Source of the DNA: Eledone cirrhosa
Taxonomy: Eukaryota
Length of the DNA stretch: 64,000 nt
Reading direction: 5' to 3'
NCBI GenBank assembly: GCA_964016885.1
Contig: OZ024749.1
Location: 15,004,001 to 15,068,000 of the forward strand
The notes beneath the pieces are model-generated. The model saw nothing but the letters and a program-made list of their open reading frames with translations. It was not told the DNA's origin and did not search any database. The position numbers were made by a program, and so were the translations under genes. How positions within the stretch are numbered: position 1 is the first letter of the stretch; each line of letters opens with the position of its first letter. This document shows positions 1 through 13,226 of the stretch, piece after piece.

Positions 1-18
1 TATATATATGTGTATATG

Positions 19-110
<92 letters not shown>

Positions 111-172
111 TATATGTATATATATATATGTGTATATATATATATATGTGTGTGTGTGTATATATGTGTATA

Positions 173-220
<48 letters not shown>

Positions 221-230
221 TATGTGTATG

Positions 231-261
<31 letters not shown>

Positions 262-290
262 ATATGTGTATATATATATAAATATATGTG

Positions 291-345
<55 letters not shown>

Positions 346-386
346 ATATATATATATATATGTGTGTGTGTATATATATATATATA

Positions 387-466
<80 letters not shown>

Positions 467-474
467 TGTGTGTG

Positions 475-521
<47 letters not shown>

Positions 522-522
522 T
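1..522. repeat. (TA)n/(TG)n compound microsatellite
   Basis: Direct reading of dinucleotide runs. Confidence 0.97.
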
Positions 523-743
523 TCGTTTCTGAATTTGTTTAGCAAGATTCTTTATCTGAAATCGTGTGTTGAAACCGATATTGTTATACTTTGGGAGGGT
601 CATGTTGCCAATAAGAAACACACGCACCAGTTGCTTTCACTTCAATTTATTATATATTTATAAATTTATAAATTTACAAATTTACAAACTTATAAATTTC
701 TGGTTGGTTGGTTGGTTCCACAACCAGATAGTTGTTTATATAT

Positions 744-788
744 AGTCATAGTCCTTTCGTCACACACTCTGTGACCTCTTCAGTGACT
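744..788 (-). ncRNA. minimal type I hammerhead ribozyme candidate
   Basis: Reverse complement of the 1684-1728 motif. Confidence 0.65.
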
Positions 789-1320
789 GGGGATTCCTTT
801 CCTTTGTTTCTGTGCCTTTCCTTTCTTCTATCCTACGCCATTTTGTTTCTGTGTGTGTGTTGTGTGCTCCGTTTGCGCATGCGCCACATCCGGGTGTCTG
901 TGTGTGTTTGTGTTCATTTATCTATTTGTTTATTTATTTATTTATTTATTGTTGGTTGGTTGTTTGTTCTATGTGTGTGTGTGTTTTCATTTTGTCCTGT
1001 GTGTGTTTTCATTTTGTCCTTAATTGTAAGTTGTTTGTTCTATGTGTGTGTGTGTTTTCATTTTGTCCTGTGTGTGTTTTCATTTTGTCCTTAATTGTAA
1101 GTTGTGATGTGGGAGTGGGGTGAGTGGCGGTAGCTAGTGGGGAGTGGGGTGAGTAGTGGTAGCTAGGGAGGCAGTGGGGGTGGGGTGAGTGGTGGTAGCT
1201 AGGGGGTAATTTTGGTTTTAATTCTTTTATGCTTACTGCCTCTGTAATTTGCCTAAACATTGCGTCTTTTCTGTGTGTGGATTCTATTTTTATTTCTATG
1301 TTCATAGAAATAAAAATAGA

Positions 1321-1452
1321 ATAAAAATAGAATCCACACACAGAAAAGACGCAATGTTTAGGCAAATTACAGAGGCAGTAAGCATAAAAGAATTAAAACC
1401 AAAATTAAATAGAAAATATGAGTGGAACAGCAACATCACAACTTACAATTAA
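1321..1452 (+). pseudogene. C-terminal fragment of PLE GIY-YIG endonuclease
   Basis: IKIESTHRKDAMFRQITEAVSIKELKPKLNRKYE fits the R-x-I-x-EA-x2-I-x4-P-x-LN-R C-terminal pattern of PLE GIY-YIG domains. Confidence 0.7.
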
Positions 1453-1683
1453 GGACAAAATGAAAACACACACAGGACAAAATGAAAACACACACACACA
1501 TAGAACAAACAACCAACCAACAATAAATAAATAAATAAATAAACAAATAGATAAATGAACACAAACACACACAGACACCCGGATGTGGCGCATGCGCAAA
1601 CTGAGCACACAACACACACACAGAAACAAAATGGCGTAGGATAGAAGAAAGGAAAGGCACAGAAACAAAGGAAAGGAATCCCC

Positions 1684-1728
1684 AGTCACTGAAGAGGTCA
1701 CAGAGTGTGTGACGAAAGGACTATGACT
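1684..1728 (+). ncRNA. minimal type I hammerhead ribozyme candidate
   Basis: AGTCA-CTGAAGA-G-GTCACA(gagtg)TGTGAC-GAAA-GGAC-TA-TGACT: stem I AGTCA/TGACT, stem II GTCACA/TGTGAC, very short stem III. Confidence 0.65.
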
Positions 1729-1891
1729 ATATATAAACAACTATCTGGTTGTGGAACCAACCAACCAACCAGAAATTTATAAGTTTGTAAATTTGTAAAT
1801 TTATAAATTTATAAATATATAATAAATTGAAGTGAAAGCAACTGGTGCGTGTGTTTCTTATTGGCAACATGACCCTCCCAAAGTATAACAA

Positions 1892-1935
<44 letters not shown>

Positions 1936-1936
1936 T

Positions 1937-1974
<38 letters not shown>

Positions 1975-2130
1975 ATAAATGCTCTGAAATAGCGATATAT
2001 ATGTGAATATAGACATAGAATATTCGAAAATATTCTGTATGTTTATAATAAACATTTTGAAGACCTAATCGCTATAGAATAGAATACGTCACGTATTACA
2101 ATTAGATTCTCGATAAAAGCAAGGGAAGTA

Positions 2131-2169
2131 AGTCTACGCGTTTCATTCTTGTTAGAATTCATCAGGACT
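2131..2169 (-). ncRNA. minimal type I hammerhead ribozyme
   Basis: rc = AGTC-CTGATGA-ATTCT(aaca)AGAAT-GAAA-CGCG-TA-GACT. Confidence 0.85.
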
Positions 2170-2441
2170 ACATATCCAGTGCTTTCATCGAGAATGACAC
2201 AGCTAGAGACTTATAGAATACTTAGCTGTGTACAGGAACTGGTTTGAAAGAGCGGTTGCCGGTCCGGCAGAAATTAGAAATTGGAATAAATGCTCTGAAA
2301 TAGCGATATATATGTGAATATAGACATAGAATATTCGAAAATATTCTGTATGTTTATAATAAACATTTTGAAGACCTAATCGCTATAGAATAGAATACGT
2401 CACGTATTACAATTAGATTCTCGATAAAAGCAAGGGAAGTA

Positions 2442-2480
2442 AGTCTACGCGTTTCATTCTTGTTAGAATTCATCAGGACT
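2442..2480 (-). ncRNA. minimal type I hammerhead ribozyme
   Basis: Same motif, unit 2. Confidence 0.85.
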
Positions 2481-2752
2481 ACATATCCAGTGCTTTCATC
2501 GAGAATGACACAGCTAGAGACTTATAGAATACTTAGCTGTGTACAGGAACTGGTTTGAAAGAGCGGTTGCCGGTCCGGCAGAAATTAGAAATTGGAATAA
2601 ATGCTCTGAAATAGCGATATATATGTGAATATAGACATAGAATATTCGAAAATATTCTGTATGTTTATAATAAACATTTTGAAGACCTAATCGCTATAGA
2701 ATAGAATACGTCACGTATTACAATTAGATTCTCGATAAAAGCAAGGGAAGTA

Positions 2753-2791
2753 AGTCTACGCGTTTCATTCTTGTTAGAATTCATCAGGACT
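2753..2791 (-). ncRNA. minimal type I hammerhead ribozyme
   Basis: Same motif, unit 3. Confidence 0.85.
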
Positions 2792-3063
2792 ACATATCCA
2801 GTGCTTTCATCGAGAATGACACAGCTAGAGACTTATAGAATACTTAGCTGTGTACAGGAACTGGTTTGAAAGAGCGGTTGCCGGTCCGGCAGAAATTAGA
2901 AATTGGAATAAATGCTCTGAAATAGCGATATATATGTGAATATAGACATAGAATATTCGAAAATATTCTGTATGTTTATAATAAACATTTTGAAGACCTA
3001 ATCGCTATAGAATAGAATACGTCACGTATTACAATTAGATTCTCGATAAAAGCAAGGGAAGTA

Positions 3064-3102
3064 AGTCTACGCGTTTCATTCTTGTTAGAATTCATCAGGA
3101 CT
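3064..3102 (-). ncRNA. minimal type I hammerhead ribozyme
   Basis: Same motif, unit 4. Confidence 0.85.
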
Positions 3103-3561
3103 ACATATCCAGTGCTTTCATCGAGAATGACACAGCTAGAGACTTATAGAATACTTAGCTGTGTACAGGAACTGGTTTGAAAGAGCGGTTGCCGGTCCGG
3201 CAGAAATTAGAAATTGGAATAAATGCTCTGAAATAGCGATATATATGTGAATATAGACATAGAATATTCGAAAATATTCTGTATGTTTATAATAAACATT
3301 TTGAAGACCTAATCGCTATAGAATAGAATACGTCACGTATTACAATTAGATTCTCGATAAAAGCAAGGGAAGTAAGTCTACGCGTTTCATTCTTGTTAGA
3401 ATTCATCCAATTTCTAATTTCTGCCGGACCGGCAACCGCTCTTTCAACAATTTCTAATTTCTGCCGGACCGGCAACCGCTCTTTCAAACCAGTTCCTGTA
3501 CACAGCTAAGTATTCTATAAGTCTCTAGCTGTGTCATTCTCGATGAAAGCACTGGATATGT

Positions 3562-3600
3562 AGTCCTGATGAATTCTAACAAGAATGAAACGCGTAGACT
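3562..3600 (+). ncRNA. minimal type I hammerhead ribozyme
   Basis: AGTC-CTGATGA-ATTCTAACAAGAAT-GAAA-CGCG-TA-GACT; palindromic ACGCGT stem III, GUA cleavage triplet. Confidence 0.87.
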
Positions 3601-3872
3601 TACTTCCCTTGCTTTTATCGAGAATCTAATTGTAATACGTGACGTATTCTATTCTATAGCGATTAGGTCTTCAAAATGTTTATTATAAACATACAGAATA
3701 TTTTCGAATATTCTATGTCTATATTCACATATATATCGCTATTTCAGAGCATTTATTCCAATTTCTAATTTCTGCCGGACCGGCAACCGCTCTTTCAAAC
3801 CAGTTCCTGTACACAGCTAAGTATTCTATAAGTCTCTAGCTGTGTCATTCTCGATGAAAGCACTGGATATGT

Positions 3873-3911
3873 AGTCCTGATGAATTCTAACAAGAATGAA
3901 ACGCGTAGACT
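3873..3911 (+). ncRNA. minimal type I hammerhead ribozyme
   Basis: Same motif in the second inverted unit. Confidence 0.87.
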
Positions 3912-4059
3912 TACTTCCCTTGCTTTTATCGAGAATCTAATTGTAATACGTGACGTATTCTATTCTATAGCGATTAGGTCTTCAAAATGTTTATTATAAA
4001 CATACAGAATATTTTCGAATATTCTATGTCTATATTCATATATATATATATATATATAT

Positions 4060-4201
4060 AACGAAGGAATTGTGGTAAGGAACCAGATGGACCATAACGC
4101 ACCAGAGTACTCAATACTTAGGGTAGTAGTGTGGGAAATAGGAAAACGTATGACCCCGACGGCAGAGCTCAAGCCGTTTCGATGGCTATTTCTGGACTAT
4201 A
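4060..4201 (-). mobile_element. short repeat with the 3' half of an HHR (same family as 41963-42175)
   Basis: rc contains ATAGCCATC-GAAA-CGGC(ttgagctct)GCCG-TC-GGGGTC; matches 42035-42175. Confidence 0.6.
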
Positions 4202-4232
4202 GTTAACAGTAGAGTGGGGACTTTTAGTATAT

Positions 4233-4426
4233 AGGGAGGCAGTGGGGGTGGGGTGAGTAGTGGTAGCTAGGGAGGCAGTGGGAGTGGGGTGAGTGGTGGT
4301 AGCTAGGGAGGCAGTGGGAGTGGGGTGAGTGGCGGTAGCTAGGGAGGCAGTGGGGAGTGGGGTGAGTAGTGGTAGCTAGGGAGGCAGTGGGGGGTGGGGT
4401 GAGTGGTGGTAGCTAGGGGGTAATTT
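4233..4426 (+). repeat. G-rich ~36-37 bp minisatellite (GGGAGGCAGTGGGAGTGGGGTGAGTGGTGGTAGCTA-like)
   Basis: About five direct copies visible. Confidence 0.85.
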
Positions 4427-5589
4427 GACAGTCGTGTATGATCATGTGACAAGGGAGTTTCTGCTTGAGAAAGCATGCACACACACACACACATATATAT
4501 GCACACATACATACACGTGTGTTTGTGTGTGCATATATAGGGTTTCAAAAAAATGGGACTCCCTCACTCACACATATACAATATATGTAACTATATATAT
4601 ATGCATACATACACATATATATATATATAAATACATACACACACATGTATATATATATATGTAATGTATATATATATATATGTAATGTATATATATATAA
4701 TGTATAATATATTTATATATATATAATATATTTATATATATATATAATATATTTATATATATATATAATATATAATATATATATATATAATATATATATA
4801 TATAATATATATATAATATATATATATATATAATATATAATGTATATAATATATATATATATAATATATATAATATATATATATATAATATATAACATAT
4901 ATATATATATACACACAAATGCACAGTATATATATGCAGATATTTATATATACATACATGCACACATATATATATATACATACATGCACACATATATATT
5001 TATATATACACACATATATATTTATATATACACACAAACATACATACATACATACATACATACATACATACATACATACATACACGCATGCATATATATA
5101 TATAGAGAGAGAGAGGGAGAGTGAAAAACACTGATAGATAGATACACAAAATAGTTCCCCAAGATAGAGCAACATGTGTGTGCCAGCTCTCTCACACACC
5201 CTATCTCTATCCACCACCCTTTCATAACCCACCCCAACACAAACTAAAACAGCTCCCACATAACAATATGCAGTGAGGGTGGAGCATGAGGGCTCCCCTT
5301 TGAAAACCCTTTAACCTCATTTTTGTTTTCCTTCACATATTTTTCTTCCTTACTTCTGCTGATACTGAGAAGAGGTAGGCGGGGTAGGCCGGGTCGGTGG
5401 TGGTGAACTGACAACTCTTAAGGACACCTGCCACACCCCAATCTACCCCTATAACCACCACTACCACCTCCATGGCACCCTGCTAGACCAACCCCACCTC
5501 ACCAACCCCTATGTTATTTTGAAAAGAGAAAAATGTAGAATACTAAAAAAAAAATATAATGTGAATGCTGGACTGGGAAACCTGTAGCT

Positions 5590-5880
5590 TCTATTTTTAA
5601 CTGGGGCCACAGAACCACCCCCTCTTTATTTTAACTAGGGCAGCACCCCCTTCTATATTTTAACTGGGGCAACACAGCCACCACCCAGTTTTTTTACTGG
5701 GCCAACATCATCATTTTATTTTAACAGAGATAACAACAAGCCCCACCCTCTATTTAACTGTGGCAACACAGTCACCCAATATTTTAACTGAAATAATACT
5801 AACTTCTCTTCTTTTATTGGGATAACATCAGCTCGCATTTTTAACTGGAATAGCATAAACCCTGCTAATTTTAACCATTT
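5590..5880 (+). repeat. degenerate minisatellite with TTTTAACTGG core
   Basis: Core recurs roughly every 27-36 bp. Confidence 0.55.
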
Positions 5881-6183
5881 TATTACCATATTTCCAGTGG
5901 AATACAATGCCTATCATTCGCAAATCCTTTTGAAAGTAATCAAGAATTTGAAGTGATTCAATAATATAACTAACTCATTATTAAGCTGGAATTTGGAACA
6001 TGATTTAACAAAGGTTTGGACATAAAATTATGATAGGAGGTTTTTAGATAGAATATAAACATATTAACCCTTGCATTGCCATATTCTTTAACAAAACACA
6101 CTGTCTGTGGTTTTCAAATAATTTTGAAAATAATCAAAAATTTGAAGTGATTTAATAATATAACTAACTCTCATTATTAAGGA

Positions 6184-6850
6184 GGGTGGTGGATTGCCAG
6201 TATCAGTAGAGGGTCGGACACCATGCTTTAAAGCATAGAGTTACCTCCCTTTATGATCTGGGTTCAAATCCTGCCGAGGTTAACTTTGCCCTTCATCCTT
6301 ACGGGGTTGATAAAATAAAGTACCAGTTATACACTGAGATAATTGCTGGCCTTGTGCCAAAAGTAGAAACAATTATTAAGCTGCTTTGTGCGGTAGTTTG
6401 ACAGTATTGGTAGAGTGTGAGACACTTTTTTTTGCAGCACAGAGTTACGGCCCTTTACGGTCTGAGTTCAATTCCTGTCAAGGTTACCTTTGCCTTTCAT
6501 CCTTACGGGGTCAATAAAATAAAGCACCAGTAATACGCTGGGCTTGTGCCAAAAGTAGAAACATTATTAAGCTGGTGTTTGGGTGGTAGATTGGCAGTAT
6601 CGGTAGAGTGTCAGACACTATGCTTTGTAGCATAGAGTTATGGCCCTTTACGTCCTGAGTCCAAATCCTGCCAAGGTGAGCTTTGCCTTTTGCCTTTCAT
6701 CCTTATGAGGTTGATAAAATAAAGTACCAGTCACGCACTGGGGTCGATTTTGTCAAAAGCATGACAACCTCCCAAGTGCTGGTGACTTACACTCTGTAAA
6801 GTGGTTGGTGATAGGAGCAGCATTCAGCAAAAGAAAACCTGCTAAATAAA
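6184..6850 (+). mobile_element. three tandem tRNA-derived SINE copies (Nin/Deu-like core)
   Basis: A-box-like TGGCAGTATCGG, B-box GTTCAAATCC, core TTTGCCTTTCATCCTTACGGGGTCGATAAAATAAAGTACCAG, tail GTGCCAAAAGTAGAAACAAT. Confidence 0.8.
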
Positions 6851-7431
6851 GGATCAGGGGGACTCTGCAACTGTGTCAAAGACATGACAGCTTCCCTATT
6901 GTTGGTAATAGAAAGGATATCTCTCATCTCATCTGTCCCATAGTCTGGTGGACGATTGGGAGTGCCACAGATGACCTGGCAACCAGCTCCTTCCATTCCT
7001 CTCGCCTATCCACTCCCTATCATGGTTGCACCCAGCTTCATGCCTGTCCATTCTATGATGTTGTCTAGCCACCTCTTTCTCTGTTTGCTTCTCTTCCTCC
7101 ATCCTTGTACTGTTTCCTGCAGGAGAGTCTTGGCAAGCCCTGAAGATCTTGTCACATGTCAGAAAGGATATCCAGTTGTAGAAAAGCTGTCAAACCTCTG
7201 TTGATAACAAAAGGTTTCTCTCTATGAAAGAAAGACCGGCTGTATGACGACTGTGAGTGATGTCGGCAGTGAAATATGGGCAGTGAATGCAGATGATATG
7301 CAAATACTGGCGAGGAATGAAGCAAGCAGACATCGATGGAAGTGCAATGCAGGGATGAGCTGAAAGAAGAACTAGGTATAAAAAGAATCAGTAGTGTGCA
7401 AGACAGAAGACTGTGCTGATATGAACATATA

Positions 7432-7600
7432 ATTGTTTCTACCATTGGCACAAGGCCAGCAATTACCCAATACATTACTGGTACTTTATTTTATCGACCC
7501 CGTAAGGATGAAAGGCAAAGTTAACCTCGGCGCGATTTGAACTCAGAATGGCAAGGGGCGTAACGCTATGCGTCAAAGCATGGTGTCCGACCCTCAACCG
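7432..7600 (-). mobile_element. tRNA-derived SINE, same family
   Basis: Reverse complement of core and tail. Confidence 0.75.
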
Positions 7601-7835
7601 ATGAGTATGAATTACGATTGTAGGGCAAAAAAGTGCCAAGAAATCCCAGTGGAAGGGAACTGCAGTGGAGTGCAACCAAGGAAGACATGGGCAGAAGTTA
7701 TGAGAGATGGTCTCAAGTCAGTGAAGCTCAGGGAGGAGATGACAAAGGAATGCAATGAGAGGGATGTTGTGTTAGAAAAGACACATCCAACCCATGCATG
7801 GAAAAGCCGATGTAATATAATGATAATGATGAAGA
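7600..7835 (+). mobile_element. degenerate RTE 3' fragment
   Basis: KKCQEIPVEGNCSGVQPRKTWAEV resembles the C-terminus of the RTE at 28010-28636; (GAT)-like tail. Confidence 0.65.
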
Positions 7836-9225
7836 CGATATGTTTGTATGTACATAATTATATATATGCCTGACATCATGATCATCATTTTATGTCCATT
7901 TTCCATGCTGGCAATAAGTTAAACAGTCACGGGGTGAGACTAGACTGGTTAAAGAACCGTGTCTTGTAGATATATTCTGTCTTGGCAGGGTTTCTAAGAC
8001 ACACACACATAGACACTCATGCACATTTACACATTCACACACACATGTACATACAGATATATATATATACATACATACATACACACACATGTACACACAT
8101 ACACACACACTCATTTACACATTCACATACACATACATACAATACACACACACACACATGCACAATTACACATTCAAAGACACACATATATCATACAATA
8201 CACACACACACATTTACACATATACATGCACCCATACACACACACAGTCACACACAGATATGTATCCTAGTTAACATTACACACCAGTTATTATAAGTAT
8301 AAGAATTTTAGGTCACTGCAAGTCTAGATATGGATTTACACACACACATTCATGCAGTCACACAGTTACACACAGACACATACACTCACACACAGTCACA
8401 TATTCACACACAGTTTCATACACTCACATACACAGTCTCACACACACATTTAGTCACTACATGTCAAGATATGGATTCACACACACATTCACACACATAC
8501 ATACACTGGTCACTACAAGTCTAGATATGGATTCATTTGTAGAATCACATTAGTCCTGATTCTGATCAATTCTTCCTTGGTGAGAGAGAGAGAGAGAGAG
8601 AGAATAGGGAGGGGAGAGAGAATGGAGAGGTGGAGGGAGAATGAGGTGGGTGGGGTGCGGAGGGGAGAGTCATTTGCATTAGACATCATCTTCAAGAAAT
8701 CTTCTACAAACATCTCTCTCTCTCTCTCCATGGAGAGGTTATTTACTAGCTGAAACCACTCAAGCTCTTGGCTCAATCTCCATCTCATTAATGTATATAT
8801 ATGTGTGTGTGTGTGTGTGTGTACATGATATATATAAAAGGATGATGTACTCATGCACAGAGATGCTATAAAATAGCTTTTAAATTAGGGAGAAGACCTT
8901 TATCGGCCATCAGAAGGTCACTCTGTTATAAAACCTGCTACTTTATTTGTATCCAATTATGTTGACCAGGTCTACTTTTTGGGGTAAATTTATTCAATGT
9001 TCAGAGAGTGGGATTGCCTCCATGCAAAGCCTTTCCTCACTTAAAAAAGCTTCAAGCTTAGGCATCGCTTGATATGTGACATTTTTTGCAATGCTTGGCT
9101 TTGGTGGCCATAGGCAAGTCCCTAGTAGGATTAAAAAGCCACATCTAGATTCTCATGCTTTAGCATAAAGCGATGGCATTACTCGAAATCAAATTGCAGT
9201 TATCATGTATGTGTATGTGTATATA

Positions 9226-9528
9226 TCATCATCATCACCGTTTTACGTCCGTTCGTCCACGCTAGCATAGGTTAGATGGATTGTCCTGTTGTGGGCAGTG
9301 TCCGGTCGGCTGACCATGTCTTGCTCATACCGGAACTGATTCTGGCTTCATTTCTACAGCTGGATGCCCTTCCTAACACCAACCTCATTTACAGTGAGAG
9401 CTGGGGGCTTTTTTTCTGTGGCGCCTCCACGTCCATATTGTCTATATGCTTCAGCTTTGGCTTGTACCCATAGGGGGTCGGGCCTTCTGTATTACTGCGT
9501 GACGCCAGAGGTCACGGTCGTGTGCCAC
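9226..9528 (-). mobile_element. RTE family A-like 3' fragment
   Basis: rc resembles 24367-24735 with a (GAT)n tail. Confidence 0.75.
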
Positions 9529-9702
9529 ACATACACACACACATATATATATATTATATATATATAATATATAATATATATAATATATATAATATATATA
9601 ATATATATATATAATATATATAATATATAATATATATAATATATATATATATATATAATATATATAATATATAATATATATAATATATATATATATATAA
9701 AA

Positions 9703-10741
9703 TACATGTGGCCGGTGTTCTGGTGCAATAAGTAGCAGCAAGTGCCCATAAAATACTAGCTCTTTCAATTGCGCAGAGGGTTCTATAGAAATAGTGGACA
9801 GCTTCCGTTACCTGGGCGATAAAATCAGCAGTGGGGGAGGGTGCTCTGAAAGTACTGTAGCTAGAGTCAGAACTGGTTGGAAAAAGTTCAGAGAGCTTAT
9901 ACCACTATTAGCTGCTAAAGGGTTCTCCCTAAAAATGAAAGGCAGGTTGTACGATGCCTGCATACGAACAGCAATGTTGCATGGCAGTGAGACCTGGGCA
10001 TTGTGTGCAGAGGATATACGCAGACTAGAGAGGAACGAAGCTTGCATGCTCCGCTGGATGTGTAACAGTAATATACGTGAACGGCAAAGCATAAACGAAC
10101 TAAGGAAAAAATTAGAGATAAGAGGGATCAGATGTTGTTTACTCGAGAGAAGGCTACGTTGGTATGGACACGTGATGCGCATGAAAGTCGATAGCTGTAT
10201 AACAAAGTGCAGGGCAATAAAGATAGACGGTAGCCACGGAATAGGCAGACCTAGAAAAACCTGGGACGAGCTGATAAACTCCGACCTCACACACTTACAC
10301 CTCTCCAAGACAATGTCACTGGACCGAGACCTTTGGCGGTACTCAGTAACAGAGAAGACCCGCCTTGCCAGTAGGCATCTCTAACAAAATACACCCCGTC
10401 CCACCACCCCCACCCCCACCCCATCCACACCACCCCGTCCTATGTAAAGTTATGTTGGTGCCGCGCCATCCGGGCCGAAACAAATGAGATCGTGTAGGTG
10501 TCAGGACAAAAAAACACACAGTCCACGCTGTAATGTGGCCGTGTAGGCAACACGGTAAAAACCTCCCAGACCCACACTGTAAATGTGGTTGGTGTTAGGA
10601 AGGGCATCCAACTGTAGAAAACCTGCCAGACAGTCCTATGCGAGCAAGACAATCACTCTTGCCTCAAGTGGACTACCCCGTCCAAACCCATGCAAGCGTG
10701 GAACACGGACGTTAAACGTTGATGATGATGATGATGATGAT
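9703..10741 (+). mobile_element. 5'-truncated RTE LINE, family C
   Basis: ORF 9794-10384 (FRYLG...RLRWYGHVMRM...GRPRKTW) nearly identical to the end of 45928-47589; (GAT)n tail; in (TA)n. Confidence 0.9.
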
Positions 10742-10852
10742 AATATATATAATATATATAATATATATAATATATATAACATATATATATATAATATATA
10801 TAATATATATAATATATATAATATATAATATATATAATATATAATATATATA

Positions 10853-10883
<31 letters not shown>

Positions 10884-11750
10884 TATATATAATATATATA
10901 TATATATATATAATATATATATTATATATATAATATATATAATATATATATAATATATAATATATATAATATATATAATATATATAATATATAATATATA
11001 TAATATATAATATATATAATATATATATATATATATAATATATATAATATATAATATATATAATATATATATATATATATAATATATATAATATATATAA
11101 CATATATATATATAATATATATAATATATATAATATATAATATATATATAATATATATATAATATATATATATATAATATATAATATATATAATATATAT
11201 AATATATATATATATATATATTATATATAATATATATAATATATATATATATATAATATATATAATATATATAACATATATATATATAATATATATAATA
11301 TATATAATATATAATATATATATAATATATATATATATAATATATAATATATATAATATATATAATATATATATATATATATATTATATATAATATATAT
11401 AATATATATATATATATAATATATATATTATATATATATATATAATATATATAATATATATAGATATATATATATTATATATAATATATATAATATATAT
11501 ATATATATAATATATATATATATATAATATATATATATTATATATATATATAATATATATATATATAATATATATAATATATATAATATATATATATATA
11601 TAATATATATAATATATATATATATATATATTATATATATTATATATATATATATATTATATATATTATATATATAATATATATAATATATATATATATA
11701 TAATATATATAATATATATATATATATATATTATATATATAATATATATA

Positions 11751-11781
<31 letters not shown>

Positions 11782-11828
11782 ATATAATATATATAATATA
11801 TATATATATATAATATATATAATATATA

Positions 11829-11860
<32 letters not shown>

Positions 11861-12000
11861 ATATATAATATATATAATATATATATATATATAATATATA
11901 TATATAATATATATAATATATAATATATATAATATATATATATATAATATATATAATATATATATATATAATATATATAATATATATATATAATATATAA
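10742..12000. repeat. (TA)n/(TAA) compound microsatellite
   Basis: Direct reading. Confidence 0.95.
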
Positions 12001-12679
12001 TAACAAAGTGCAGGGCAATAAAGATAGACGGTAGCCACGGAGTAGGCAGACCCAGAAAAACATGGGACGAGCTGATAAATTCCGACCTCACACGCTTACA
12101 CCTCTCCAAGACAATGTCACTGGACCGAGACCTTTGGCGGTACTCAGTAATAGAGAAGACCCGCCTTACCTAAATACAAAGTAAAAACCTACTACAGTCA
12201 GTAGGCATCTCTATCAAAACACACCCCCGTCCCACCACCTCCACCCCACCCACACCGCCCCTTTCAATGTAAAGTTATGTTGGTCCCACAACATCCAGGC
12301 CGAAACAAATGAGATCGTGTAGGTGTCACGACAAAAAACACACAGTCCACGCTGTAAATGTGGCCGTGTAGGCAACACGGTAAAAACCTCCCAGCCCCAC
12401 ACTGTAAATGTGGTTGGTGTTAGGAAGGGCATCCAGCTGTAGAAAACCCGCCAGACAGTCAACGCTGTAATGTGGCCGTGTAGGCAACACGGTAAAAACC
12501 TCCCAGCCCCACACTGTAAATGTGGTTGGTGTTAGGAAGGGCATCCAACTGTAGAAAACCCGCCAGACAGTCCTATGCGAGCAAGACAACCACTCTTGCC
12601 TCAAGTGGGAAAACCCCCATCCAAACCCATGCAAGCGTGGAACACGGACGCTAAACCTGATGATGATGATGATGATGAT
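12001..12679 (+). mobile_element. RTE family C 3' fragment
   Basis: Matches 47417-48095 including the ~119-bp UTR duplication and (GAT)n tail. Confidence 0.9.
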
Positions 12680-12743
12680 ATAATATATATATATATAATA
12701 TATATATATAATATATATAATATATATAACATATATCATATAT

Positions 12744-12775
<32 letters not shown>

Positions 12776-12794
12776 ATATATATATATATATATA

Positions 12795-12841
<47 letters not shown>

Positions 12842-12948
12842 TATATATATATAATATATATAATATAATATATATATATATATATATAATATATATATAT
12901 AATATATATATATATATAATATATATATATATATAATATATATAATAT

Positions 12949-12980
<32 letters not shown>

Positions 12981-13010
12981 ATATATATAATATATATATA
13001 TATATGTATA

Positions 13011-13075
<65 letters not shown>

Positions 13076-13188
13076 TATAATATATATATAATATATATAA
13101 TATATATATATAATATATATAATATATATATATAATATATATATAATATATATAATATAATATATATATATATAGATATAATATATAT

Positions 13189-13220
<32 letters not shown>

Positions 13221-13226
13221 ATATAT

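Larger units (their letters stand above)
580..1892. mobile_element. Penelope-like element 3' ends as a head-to-head inverted pair
   Basis: 580-1313 is the reverse complement of 1303-1892 except for a G-rich insert and a small duplication; both arms end at ...CCCAAAGTATAACAAT. Each arm encodes a GIY-YIG-type C-terminus and carries an HHR. Confidence 0.8.
1970..4038. mobile_element. 311-bp tandem array with one HHR per unit (retrozyme-like), inverted internally at ~3407
   Basis: Units start at 1970, 2281, 2592, 2903 and 3214; ~4.6 units in one orientation, then ~1.9 units reversed; flanked by (TA)n. Confidence 0.88.

Noticed and set aside
8-663. Long YI/CV/HT-rich ORFs here and throughout the window
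   Set aside because: Translations of dinucleotide microsatellites, which lack stop codons.
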